From assembly GCA_964394855.1 (NCBI GenBank), contig CAYMZD010000002.1, forward strand, positions 60,575-124,574: DNA of 64,000 nucleotides, in the 5' to 3' direction. Of this stretch, positions 54,703 through 64,000 are shown one piece after another. The translations under genes were made by a program, and so were the position numbers. The notes beneath the pieces are model-generated. The model worked only from the letters and a program-made list of their open reading frames with translations, made no database searches and was not told the origin of the DNA. How positions within the stretch are numbered: the stretch's first letter is position 1; each line of letters opens with the position of its first letter. This DNA comes from an uncultured Gammaproteobacteria bacterium (GTDB lineage Bacteria; Patescibacteriota; Microgenomatia; Daviesbacterales; UBA10151).

Positions 54703-57700
54703 ATGTCTAAACTTGCAACGCCAAACACAAGGGAAACTTCCAGAAAATATTGGGGGAAGGTTTTGAGCTTAAAACCAGAGCTCAATTTAACAAAACTACA
54801 AAGAGACTCCTATAGCGATTTTTTAACTGAAGGAATAAGAGAAATTTTAGCGGAAATTTCACCAGTTGAAGATTTTACCGGTAAAAATTGGGTACTGGAA
54901 TTTGGCGATTATTCTTTTGGCAAGCCAAAATACACTGCAGAAAAAGCTTCTGAAAAAGGAGTAACTTTTGATGCTCCTCTAAAGGTTCAAACCATGCTGA
55001 CTAATAAACAAACAGGCCAAAAATGGCAGCAAGAAGTTTTCTTGGGTGATATTCCCCAAATGACAGATAAGGGTACATTTATTATCAATGGAGTGGAGAG
55101 AGCTATTGTTAATCAGATAGTTCGTTCTCCTGGTGTATTTTTCTCTGCCATTGATGATCCGATTACCGGTCGTCGTTTATATCAGGCAGAACTTCGTCCT
55201 TATCGTGGTTCTTGGCTGGAGTTTTCTGTTTCCCGTTCAGATGTTTTGACTGTTAAAATAGATAGAAGAAGAAAATTTGCAGCCACCACTTTTCTTCGGG
55301 CAATTGGATTTTCCAGTGCTGAAGAAATTATAGATTTATTTAAAGATGTTGATGTCAACAATGAGCATAAATTAATCGAAACAACCCTTTCTAAAGATTC
55401 TACCCAAAGCAGCGATGAGGCACTGCTAGAAATTTTCCGCAAAATGAGACCAGGAGACCCAGTGGTTTTGGATACTGCCAAAGGGCTTTTAGAGGGGATG
55501 TTTTTTAACACTAGGCGCTATAACTTAACTAAGGTTGGTAGATTTAAGATTAATAAACGTTTAGGTTTAAATATTCCCAACACCAGCGAAACTCATGTTT
55601 TAGTCAAAGAAGATATCGTAACCACCCTGAAATATTTAATTGGTTTAACCAATGGTCAAGGTAAGCTTGATGATATTGATCATTTGGCTAACAGGCGGGT
55701 ACGTTGTGTGGGAGAGCTGGTACAACAAAATGCTTTCCGAAATGGCACCTTGCGTTTAGAAAGAGTAATAAAAGAAAGGATGAGTTTGCTTTCTTTGGAC
55801 CAGGAGATAGTACCAGCAGCTCTGTTTAATGCTAAGCCGGTGATAGCTTCTATTAATGAATTTTTCCGTTCATCACAACTTTCCTCAATTTTAGATCAGA
55901 CAAATCCTCTATCTGAAGTTGATCATTTGCGCAGGTTATCAGTGATGGGGATAGGTGGTATCACCAGAGACAGAGCCAGTTTCTCCATTCGTGATATTAA
56001 TCACAGTCAATATGGTAGGATTTGTCCTATCCGTTCACCTGAAGGACAAAACATTGGTTTGGTAACTTATTTAGCACTTTATTCACGCATTAATGAATAT
56101 GGATTTTTGGAGACTCCATACAGAAAGGTTGTTTTAAAAAATGGTAAACCAAAAATTACCGATGAAGTAGTTTATTTATCAGCAGATGATGAAGAAGATT
56201 TTATTATTACCGAAGCAACGGTGACTACTGATAAGGATGGTTATATCACTCAAGCTAGGATTCCGGCCAGACAAAAAGGAAATTTCTTTGAAGCTTCAGC
56301 TAAAGAAATTGATTTAATTGATATCTCTGCTCAACAAATTGTGGGGACTGCAGCTTCACTTATCCCTTTTTTAGCTCATGATGATGCCAACAGGGCGTTA
56401 ATGGGGACTCACATGCAGTGTCAATCAGTACCTTTACTCATCCCTTCTGCTCCAATAGTGGGAACTGGTATGGAGCGGGTGGTGGCTGATAATATGGCTA
56501 GAGTTATTCGTGCCCCTGAAGCAGGAGTGATTAGTTTTGTGGATGCCACCAAAGTTGTTTTAAAAACCAAGAAAGAAGAACTGACATTTGAAATCAAAAA
56601 ATTCGTCAATTCCCCACAAGGGACTTGTTATTCACAGCGACCACTGGTCAAACTGGGACAAAAAATTCAAGCCGAAGATTTACTAATAGATGGGGTGGCA
56701 ACTCAAAATGGAGAGCTGGCCCTGGGACAGAATTTGCTAATAGCTTACATGAGTTTTGATGGCTTGGGTTATGAGGATGCTATTGTTATTTCCGATCGTT
56801 TAGTCAAACAAGATATTCTTTCATCTATTCATATTGAAGAATATGAGGTTGATGTAGTAGAGACAAAACTTGGTCCAGAAGAGCTGACTCGTGATATCCC
56901 TAATATGTCAGAAGATACACTGGCTAATTTAGACGAATATGGTATTATTCGCATCGGCGCAGAAGTTGGCCCGAACTCTATCTTGGTGGGCAAGGTGCAG
57001 CCTAAAGGAGAAACAGAGTTGACTGCAGAAGAAAGATTACTGCAGGCAATTTTTGGAGAGAAGGCTAAAGAGATTAGAGATACTTCTTTGCGCATGCCTC
57101 ATGGAGAAAGAGGAACTGTGATTGCTGTGCAAATTCTCTCTCGTGATGAGGGAGACGAGCTAGACGCAGGGACTTTAAAAAGGATTAAAGTAAAAGTGGC
57201 GCAGCTTAGAAAAGTGACAGAAGGGGATAAGCTGGCTGGGCGTCATGGTAATAAAGGAGTGATATCTAAAATTGTTCCTGAAGCAGACATGCCCTATCTA
57301 CCTAGCGGAGAGAGAATAGATATTATCATTTCACCCTTATCTGTGCTTTCTCGTATGAATTTAGGTCAGTTGATGGAGACTCATTGGGGATTTGCCGCCC
57401 AAAAACTTGACTTTAAAGTGACCGCGCCAGTTTTTGAAAAAATTCCAGAAGAAATTTTAGTTGAGCAGCTCAAAAAAGCTGGTTTGCCCGCTGATGGTAA
57501 ATGTAAATTAATTGATGGTCGAACTGGCGAATACTTTAATTCCCCGGTAGTGGTAGGTCATAATTATATTATGAAACTTATCCACATGGTGGAAGAAAAG
57601 ATTCATGCTCGTTCCACTGGACCCTATTCGCTGGTGACTCAACAACCCCTTGGTGGAAAGGCTCAAATGGGGGGGCAACGTCTGGGAGAGATGGAGGTTT

Positions 57701-58050
57701 GGGCACTGGAGGCATATGGTGCAGCCCATATTTTGCAGGAGATGTTGACTATCAAGTCAGATGACGTAGTGGGCAGGGCTAAAGCCTTTGAGGCTATTGT
57801 GAAAGGAGTAGATATCCCTCAAGCTTTAATTCCGGAAAGCTTTAAGGTATTAGTGAAAGAATTACAAGCGCTAAACTTGGGAGTGGAAACCATGGGGGCT
57901 AAAATAATTGCCGCTCCTGTAGTAGAGGAGCAACCACAAGTACAAAAGGAAGCCAGGGAGTTGCAAGAAGCATTGGAGGCGACTAAAACAAGTAACGAAG
58001 AAGAAATTATACAGGGCCCCATGGAAGTAGAAGAAGCAAATATAGAATGA
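54703..58050 (+). CDS. rpoB: RNA polymerase beta subunit
   Basis: GTFIINGVER, GDKLAGRHGNKG, HARSTGPY and GGQRLGEMEVWAL. Confidence 0.99.
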   Translation: MSKLATPNTRETSRKYWGKVLSLKPELNLTKLQRDSYSDFLTEGIREILAEISPVEDFTGKNWVLEFGDYSFGKPKYTAEKASEKGVTFDAPLKVQTMLTNKQTGQKWQQEVFLGDIPQMTDKGTFIINGVERAIVNQIVRSPGVFFSAIDDPITGRRLYQAELRPYRGSWLEFSVSRSDVLTVKIDRRRKFAATTFLRAIGFSSAEEIIDLFKDVDVNNEHKLIETTLSKDSTQSSDEALLEIFRKMRPGDPVVLDTAKGLLEGMFFNTRRYNLTKVGRFKINKRLGLNIPNTSETHVLVKEDIVTTLKYLIGLTNGQGKLDDIDHLANRRVRCVGELVQQNAFRNGTLRLERVIKERMSLLSLDQEIVPAALFNAKPVIASINEFFRSSQLSSILDQTNPLSEVDHLRRLSVMGIGGITRDRASFSIRDINHSQYGRICPIRSPEGQNIGLVTYLALYSRINEYGFLETPYRKVVLKNGKPKITDEVVYLSADDEEDFIITEATVTTDKDGYITQARIPARQKGNFFEASAKEIDLIDISAQQIVGTAASLIPFLAHDDANRALMGTHMQCQSVPLLIPSAPIVGTGMERVVADNMARVIRAPEAGVISFVDATKVVLKTKKEELTFEIKKFVNSPQGTCYSQRPLVKLGQKIQAEDLLIDGVATQNGELALGQNLLIAYMSFDGLGYEDAIVISDRLVKQDILSSIHIEEYEVDVVETKLGPEELTRDIPNMSEDTLANLDEYGIIRIGAEVGPNSILVGKVQPKGETELTAEERLLQAIFGEKAKEIRDTSLRMPHGERGTVIAVQILSRDEGDELDAGTLKRIKVKVAQLRKVTEGDKLAGRHGNKGVISKIVPEADMPYLPSGERIDIIISPLSVLSRMNLGQLMETHWGFAAQKLDFKVTAPVFEKIPEEILVEQLKKAGLPADGKCKLIDGRTGEYFNSPVVVGHNYIMKLIHMVEEKIHARSTGPYSLVTQQPLGGKAQMGGQRLGEMEVWALEAYGAAHILQEMLTIKSDDVVGRAKAFEAIVKGVDIPQALIPESFKVLVKELQALNLGVETMGAKIIAAPVVEEQPQVQKEARELQEALEATKTSNEEEIIQGPMEVEEANIE

Positions 58051-61000
58051 ACGACTTACTTGATTTTGAAAGTTTAAAACTAACTATTGCCAGTCCGGAC
58101 CAAATCAGTAGCTGGTCCTTTGGTGAAGTTATCAAACCAGAGACGATCAATTATAGAACTCAAAAAGCGGAGAAAGATGGACTTTTTTCGGAAAATATCT
58201 TCGGTCCGACCAAAGATTATGAATGTTATTGTGGTAAGTATAAAAGAATTCGTTACCGTGGAGTAATTTGCGATAAATGTGGTGTGGAAGTGACCCAATC
58301 AAGGGTCAGACGGGAACGGATGGGTCATATAAACTTGGCTGCTGCAGTAGCACATATTTGGTTTGTTAAAGGCGCACCCAGTAAATTATCATTACTTTTG
58401 GATATTTCCCCCAAAAATTTGGAGGCGGTGATTTATTTTGCATCATTTCTGGTGATTGATATTTTGCCAGAGAAGAAAACTAAAGCTATTGAAAAATTAA
58501 ATAAAGACCTTGAAGAGAAACTCCAAGAGTCTAAAAAAAGCTTGGAAAAAGAAATCAAGAACCTGGGGGGGGTTCTTCACAAAGCCCAAACAGGCTTGAA
58601 GAAAAAATTTGCTCCTAAAGGGAAAGAAAAATTAGAATTGCTTACCCAAGAGTTAGAGCTTAAAAATAGACAGGAAGTTCAACGCTTAAGGTCTAATCAA
58701 GTCACAGAGCAGGGCCAATTGAAGGATATTTATCAGGCTGTTTCCAGCCTGGTCAAAAGCATTGTTCCTCTAAAACTTTTATCAGAGGATGAATATTACA
58801 AATTAGAGGAATATGGAGTGTCTGATTTTGTGACTGTGGGCATGGGGGCAGAAGCCTTGCTGGAGATTCTAAAAAAGATCGATTTAGATAAACTCTCTGC
58901 CACCTTAAGGGAAGAGGTGAGGAAATCTACAGGTCAGCGCCACATCAAAGCTACTAAAAGACTGCGTTTAATAGAAGGTATGCGTTCGGCTGAACTTAAA
59001 CCAGAGTGGATGGTTTTATCAGTCTTGCCGGTTTTACCACCAGAACTTCGTCCAATGGTCCAACTTCAAGGAGGAAGATTTGCCACCTCTGACCTAAACG
59101 ACCTTTATAGAAGAGTCATAAATCGTAATAACAGATTGAAAAGGTTGATAGATTTAGGGGCACCAGAAATTATCCTACGCAATGAAAAAAGGATGTTACA
59201 AGAAGCTGTAGATGCTTTAATAGATGTTACCCAAAGATCAAACAGGAGGGGAGCTGGAGTGCATATACTCCGTTCCTTATCAGATATGTTGCGAGGAAAA
59301 CAGGGTCGTTTCAGGCAAAACCTTTTAGGGAAAAGGGTAGATTACTCTGGAAGATCAGTAATTGTGGTTGGCCCAAAACTGCGGCTTGATCAAGTGGGTC
59401 TACCCAAAGAAATGGCTTTGGAAATGTTTAAACCATTTGTATTGCGTGAGATGATTGCCAAGGGTTTAGCTTCCAATGTGAAAGGAGCAAAAAATGTTTT
59501 GGAGCTTCGTCCAAGCGAAATTTGGGATATTCTGGAAGATATTATTGAAGGTCATCCTATTTTAATCAATAGGGCTCCCACTCTTCATCGACTAGGTATA
59601 CAAGCTTTTTATCCGGTTTTAGTGGAAGGTAATGCAATTGCTATTCATCCTTGTATTTGTGCTGGATTTGGCGCTGACTTTGATGGTGATCAAATGGCAG
59701 TCCATGTACCACTTTCTCAAAAGGCTCAAGCAGAAGCCAGGAATTTAATGACAGCTAGAGAGAATATTCTAAAACCTTCTGATGCATCGCCGATTACTTT
59801 ACCAAACAAAGAGATGGCCCTGGGGGCTTTTTATGTCACGTCTGTGGATATGGCTGCTACTCAACCTGACGAAAAAAGTAAAATATTCCTTCCCGATGAA
59901 GCAATATATGCTTTTAAAATAGCTAGATTAAACTTAAGACAGTTAATTAAAGTTAAGATCGGTGAAGATATCATAGAAACAACAGTTGGTAGATTAATAT
60001 TCAACAATATTTTACCAGAGCCTTTAAGATTTATTAATGAGAGTGTGGGGGGGACAGTCATCAAGAAAATTATCACTGATGCTTTTAATACCTTTGATCG
60101 TGACAGTGTGGTAGTGCTTATAGATGATATTAAGAATTTAGGTTTTTGGGGAGCAACTATAGCCGGTATCTCTGTGGGGATTTTTGATAATAAAATTGTC
60201 CAAGAAAAAGATAAAGTAATTGCCGAAGGGGATAAAGAAGTTAGCGAAATAGAAGCTCATTTCAAAAAAGGTTTAATCACCAGTGATGAGAAAGAGATGC
60301 TTTCCCATGGTGTTTGGATTAAAACCACAGAAGAAGTATATCGGTTGACTTGGCAAGCCATGAGCAGCGATAATCCAGTAAGGGTGATTGTGGATTCTGG
60401 TGGGGCCAGAGCCACTGCAGAACAGATTAAACAATTATCTGGAATGAGAGGGTTATCAGTTGACCCCACTGGTAAAATTGTAGGTTTACCCACCAAATCA
60501 AATTATCGCCAGGGTTTGAGTGTTTTTGAATATTTCACTTCTGCTAGAGGAGCGAGGAAAGGAGTAGCTGATAAAGCACTCAAGACTGCTGATGCAGGCT
60601 ATTTAACCAGAAGATTGGTTGATGTAGCCCATGATGTTATTATCCGCCTGGAGGATTGTGGCACTAAAGAAGGTTTAAGATTACAGTTGCCAAAAGAAAA
60701 CATCAATTCTGCCATCAGCCGTTTCTTGGGTAGAAGAACTTTAGAAAAAGTGACTCACCCCAAACTTAAAAAAGTTATTGTGGAAGCTGGTAGTTTTCTC
60801 ACGGAAAACGAGATTGCGCAAATGATGCAAGTCGGAGTTGATAGTATTTCGGTACGCTCCCCCCTAACTTGTGAAGCAAAATATGGTCTTTGTGGGGGCT
60901 GTTATGGGTTTGATTTAACTACCAGGCAACCTGTTAATGTGGGGGTACCAGTAGGAGTGGTGGCTGCTCAAAGTATCGGTGAGCCAGGGACACAGTTGAC

Positions 61001-61745
61001 TATGAGAACTTTCCATAGTGGGGGAATTGTGGGGTTAGATATTACGTCTGGTCTGCCTAGAGTAGAAGAACTGTTTGAGGCGCGTTCACCTAAGCTAATT
61101 GCCCCCGTCTCTGAAATTGCTGGGAAAGTATCCATTATAGAAACAGATATGGGGATTAAGGTAAGAGTTAGAACCACCCAAAAACCACACGAAGAGAGAG
61201 AATACCTTATTCCGGCTACAGCTAATCTGTTAGTGGAAAATGGGCAGCTAATTGCTGCTGGAACATCTCTTTCTAGTGGGCATTTAGACATTAAAGATAT
61301 TCTCAAGGTGAAAGGATTGAGGGAGGCACAAAGGTATATTGTTGATGAGGTTAAGCAGGTTTATGAAGGTCAGGGCGTTCCCCTTAATGAGCGTCATTTT
61401 GAAATAATTGTTCGCAAAATGTCTGATAAAGTCAGGATCGAATCTCAAGGTAATACCAATCTTTTGCCAGGAGAAATAGTAGATAGATTGAGATTTAATG
61501 AGGAAAACCAACGAGTTTTGGCGGGTGGAGGGGATCCAGCCACAGCTGAAATTGTGATATTGGGTATCACCAGAGCCAGTTTACAAACAGAAAGCTTTTT
61601 GTCTGCAGCCAGTTTTCAGGAAACTACCACTGTTTTGGCAGATGCTGCTGCTCAAGGTAAGGTGGATCGTTTGATTGGCTTAAAGGAAAACGTTATAATA
61701 GGAAGGCTTATTCCAACTAGTCCAGAACGAGCTCATATTGAATAA
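58047..61745 (+). CDS. rpoC: RNA polymerase beta' subunit
   Basis: Zn ribbon, [21 protein letters not shown], (G)ADFDGD and TQLTMRTFH. Confidence 0.99.
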   Translation: MNDLLDFESLKLTIASPDQISSWSFGEVIKPETINYRTQKAEKDGLFSENIFGPTKDYECYCGKYKRIRYRGVICDKCGVEVTQSRVRRERMGHINLAAAVAHIWFVKGAPSKLSLLLDISPKNLEAVIYFASFLVIDILPEKKTKAIEKLNKDLEEKLQESKKSLEKEIKNLGGVLHKAQTGLKKKFAPKGKEKLELLTQELELKNRQEVQRLRSNQVTEQGQLKDIYQAVSSLVKSIVPLKLLSEDEYYKLEEYGVSDFVTVGMGAEALLEILKKIDLDKLSATLREEVRKSTGQRHIKATKRLRLIEGMRSAELKPEWMVLSVLPVLPPELRPMVQLQGGRFATSDLNDLYRRVINRNNRLKRLIDLGAPEIILRNEKRMLQEAVDALIDVTQRSNRRGAGVHILRSLSDMLRGKQGRFRQNLLGKRVDYSGRSVIVVGPKLRLDQVGLPKEMALEMFKPFVLREMIAKGLASNVKGAKNVLELRPSEIWDILEDIIEGHPILINRAPTLHRLGIQAFYPVLVEGNAIAIHPCICAGFGADFDGDQMAVHVPLSQKAQAEARNLMTARENILKPSDASPITLPNKEMALGAFYVTSVDMAATQPDEKSKIFLPDEAIYAFKIARLNLRQLIKVKIGEDIIETTVGRLIFNNILPEPLRFINESVGGTVIKKIITDAFNTFDRDSVVVLIDDIKNLGFWGATIAGISVGIFDNKIVQEKDKVIAEGDKEVSEIEAHFKKGLITSDEKEMLSHGVWIKTTEEVYRLTWQAMSSDNPVRVIVDSGGARATAEQIKQLSGMRGLSVDPTGKIVGLPTKSNYRQGLSVFEYFTSARGARKGVADKALKTADAGYLTRRLVDVAHDVIIRLEDCGTKEGLRLQLPKENINSAISRFLGRRTLEKVTHPKLKKVIVEAGSFLTENEIAQMMQVGVDSISVRSPLTCEAKYGLCGGCYGFDLTTRQPVNVGVPVGVVAAQSIGEPGTQLTMRTFHSGGIVGLDITSGLPRVEELFEARSPKLIAPVSEIAGKVSIIETDMGIKVRVRTTQKPHEEREYLIPATANLLVENGQLIAAGTSLSSGHLDIKDILKVKGLREAQRYIVDEVKQVYEGQGVPLNERHFEIIVRKMSDKVRIESQGNTNLLPGEIVDRLRFNEENQRVLAGGGDPATAEIVILGITRASLQTESFLSAASFQETTTVLADAAAQGKVDRLIGLKENVIIGRLIPTSPERAHIE

Positions 61746-61759
61746 CAGTACACAAAAAT

Positions 61760-62242
61760 ATGCCAACTATTAGTCAACTTGTTAGAAAAGGCAGAAAAAA
61801 GGTGAGTAAAAAAATTAAAGCTACGGCACTGCGCCGAAGCTTTAATGCTAAAAGTCGCCGCTATATCCAAACTTTTAATCCGTATAAGCGGGGAGTGGTC
61901 ACTTTGGTTAAAACCATGACTCCCAAAAAACCCAACTCTGCCCTCCGTAAGGTGGCCAGGGTGAGACTTTCCAATAGAACAGAGGTAACTGCTTATATCC
62001 CTGGGGTTGGACATAACTTGGCTGAACACGGTATTGTTTTGGTAAGGGGTGGAAGAGTAAAAGATTTACCAGGTGTAAAGTATCATATTATTCGTGGCAA
62101 ATTAGATTTGGAAGGAGTGATGGGTAGGAAAAGAGGTAGATCAAAATATGGAGCTAAACGTTCTGGTACAATGGCCCCACGTCCCCAAACCGGACCAGCT
62201 CCAGAGGTAGCTCAAGTAAGAGGTATAACAAATGAGGAGTAA
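61760..62242 (+). CDS. rpsL: 30S ribosomal protein S12 with a C-terminal extension
   Basis: [11 protein letters not shown] and [11 protein letters not shown]. Confidence 0.98.
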   Translation: MPTISQLVRKGRKKVSKKIKATALRRSFNAKSRRYIQTFNPYKRGVVTLVKTMTPKKPNSALRKVARVRLSNRTEVTAYIPGVGHNLAEHGIVLVRGGRVKDLPGVKYHIIRGKLDLEGVMGRKRGRSKYGAKRSGTMAPRPQTGPAPEVAQVRGITNEE

Positions 62243-62708
62243 AAAAGCCCCCAAAAGAATACTTGCACCTGATCCAATATATAACTCTAGGTTACTTCAC
62301 CGTTTTATCAACAAAGTGATGAAAGACGGTAAAAAAGACCTGGCTCAAAGATTGGTTTATTTGGCCTTGGATCAAATTAAAAAAGCAAAAGGTGAAGATG
62401 TCTTGAAAGTTTTTGAGCAGGCTGTTTCTAATGTTTCTCCCAAAATGGAGGTTCGCCCACGTAGAGTGGGAGGCGCATCCTATCAAGTGCCAGCGGAGGT
62501 ACGGGGGGACAGGAGAGAAGCTTTGGCTATTAGATGGATTATTGAAGGAGCCAAATCCCGTCCCAATAAAGAGTTTCATCACTTTTATGAAAAATTGGCG
62601 GCAGAACTGCAAGATGCCAGTCAAAATACAGGCTGGGCCATTAAGAAAAAGGATGATATGCAAAAAGTAGCTGCAGCCAATAGGGCTTTTGCTCATTTTA
62701 GGTGGTAA
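62232..62708 (+). CDS. rpsG: 30S ribosomal protein S7
   Basis: [11 protein letters not shown] and [10 protein letters not shown]. Confidence 0.98.
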   Translation: MRSKKAPKRILAPDPIYNSRLLHRFINKVMKDGKKDLAQRLVYLALDQIKKAKGEDVLKVFEQAVSNVSPKMEVRPRRVGGASYQVPAEVRGDRREALAIRWIIEGAKSRPNKEFHHFYEKLAAELQDASQNTGWAIKKKDDMQKVAAANRAFAHFRW

Positions 62709-62729
62709 TAATTCTACAAGAGATTATAT

Positions 62730-62799
62730 TTGACTTTTAGCCTCAAAGAGGTTATGATTTATTGTAATAGCCTCCCAAAATATCAGAGGGAGGTTTTTT
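62730..62799 (+). promoter_or_regulatory. Promoter directly followed by an intrinsic terminator
   Basis: TTGACT-17-TATGAT; GCCTCCC-11 nt-GGGAGGT then TTTTT (62770-62799). Confidence 0.65.
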
Positions 62800-62820
62800 A
62801 ATAAGAGGTACAATGAAGTG

Positions 62821-63042
62821 ATGGATAAAAAATTAACACAACAAAAATTGAAGATGTGGAAGGAAAATTTAGCTCATCTGGAAAATGAGCTTGCTTCCGT
62901 AATGGCAAAAAAGGGAGAAGCGGCCCAAAAGGGGGACCTTTCGGAAAATGCAGCCTATACTATGGCATCGGAAGACGCTGATACTTACAGGGTACAGATT
63001 AATCAGGTGAAAAAAATCATTGCAAACTTGGAGAGTAAGTAA
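62821..63042 (+). CDS. GreA N-terminal coiled-coil-only protein
   Basis: LT...L..L..EL...[14 protein letters not shown]; 73 aa; stop overlaps the fusA ATG. Confidence 0.82.
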   Translation: MDKKLTQQKLKMWKENLAHLENELASVMAKKGEAAQKGDLSENAAYTMASEDADTYRVQINQVKKIIANLESK

Positions 63043-64000
63043 TGGCTATACAAAAGACCAAAAGGGATTTACCGCTGGATCGAATCAGAAATATTGGTAT
63101 CATAGCCCACATTGATGCTGGCAAAACCACTACCACCGAGCGGATTCTTTTTTATACTGGTAAAACTTATAAGATAGGGAACATTGATGAGGGTACCACG
63201 GTGACCGACTGGATGGCCCAGGAGCGGGAGCGGGGAATTACCATTGTTTCTGCAGCCATTACCACTTTTTGGACCCCTAAAGCTGGGCCATTTGAAAATC
63301 AAGAAACCAGGATCAATATCATTGATACTCCGGGGCATGTTGATTTTACGGCTGAAGTGGAACGCTCCCTTCGAGTTTTAGATGGTGGAGTGATTGTTTT
63401 GGATGCAGCATCAGGCGTGCAATCTCAAACTGAAACTGTTTGGAGACAGGCCAATAAATATAAAGTGCCTTTAATTGCTTTTGCCAATAAAATGGATGTG
63501 GTGGGGGCTGATTTTCTGGGTACTATCCAGTCAGCTCGTGATCGCTTGGGTGCTAATGCTGTTGCCTATAATTTACCAATTGGCCAGGAAAATGATTTCG
63601 AAGGAGTAGTTGATCTTTTAAGTAAAAAAGCTTTTATTTGGGAAGGAGTTTCCACAGGAGCACAGTTTGTGGAAACAGATATACCCAAGGATTTAGTGGA
63701 AACAGTAGAAACTCATCGCGAGAAACTCGTTGAAGAGATTGCTGGAACAGATGATATTCTAATGGAAAAATATTTAGCTGGGCAAGATATTCCTGTGGAG
63801 GAGTTAAAAAAAGCTCTCCGCCAAGCAGTTATTGATAATAAAATTGTTCCAGTGCTGGCAGGTAGTTCTCTTCGCAACAAAGGGGTTCAACCCATGCTAG
63901 ATACCGTAGTGGAATATTTACCCTCCCCACAAGATATTGCCTCTATTCATGGAACTAATCCCCAAACCGGTGAGGAGGAGGAAAGAAAAGCCGATCCAGA
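63042..64000 (+). CDS. fusA: Elongation factor G, 3'-truncated by the window edge and absent from the ORF track
   Basis: Hand translation [57 protein letters not shown]. Confidence 0.98.
   Translation, partial: MAIQKTKRDLPLDRIRNIGIIAHIDAGKTTTTERILFYTGKTYKIGNIDEGTTVTDWMAQERERGITIVSAAITTFWTPKAGPFENQETRINIIDTPGHVDFTAEVERSLRVLDGGVIVLDAASGVQSQTETVWRQANKYKVPLIAFANKMDVVGADFLGTIQSARDRLGANAVAYNLPIGQENDFEGVVDLLSKKAFIWEGVSTGAQFVETDIPKDLVETVETHREKLVEEIAGTDDILMEKYLAGQDIPVEELKKALRQAVIDNKIVPVLAGSSLRNKGVQPMLDTVVEYLPSPQDIASIHGTNPQTGEEEERKADP

Noticed and set aside
279-63338. Many short antisense or alternate-frame ORFs in the track (e.g. 3275-3781, 37216-37959, 39974-40411, 61733-62029, 63069-63338)
   Set aside because: They lie over well-conserved genes and have no motifs or independent start signals; treated as shadow ORFs
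1-64000. CRISPR arrays, tRNA/rRNA genes, introns, inteins, IS elements or a recoded stop codon
   Set aside because: No spaced repeat array or tRNA cloverleaf in the short intergenic gaps, no large insertions in core genes, and TGA ends genes at expected positions

Overview
Gene-dense, AT-rich housekeeping region of a bacterium that looks like a Patescibacteria (CPR), probably Microgenomates-type. This is inferred from the shortened IF2, MetG, AlaS and Lon, the PilN/PilO/PEGA/sortase surface genes, and TGA read as stop. It carries the 3' part of groEL, cell-envelope genes, tatD-metG, sbcCD, pcrA, tpiA, holA, rpsT/murJ, lepA, hrcA-grpE-dnaK-dnaJ with a CIRCE, nusA-infB, rpsO-pnp-lon-rnj, ftsK, alaS, yqgF-mltG, rpoBC and rpsL-rpsG-(mini-greA)-fusA. 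No rRNA, tRNA, CRISPR array, integrase or transposase was seen. Features the gene list does not explain: (1) several families of short REP-like hairpins and 7-nt tandem repeats sit in frame inside conserved genes (tatD, sbcC, femAB-like, lepA, dnaK, dnaJ, infB, pnp, mltG) and also in promoters; (2) a VapBC-like cassette is flanked by a 43-bp direct repeat of the lepA 3' end, with no integrase; (3) about 19 genes have a -10 box 6-7 nt before the start codon, suggesting leaderless mRNAs, including bidirectional promoters; (4) the RNA polymerase has GADFDGD in place of NADFDGD and a remodelled rifamycin pocket, and an N-domain-only GreA sits inside the str operon; (5) promoter-proximal hairpins precede nusA, rpoB and the mini-greA. 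All calls are by eye; no database searches were run.
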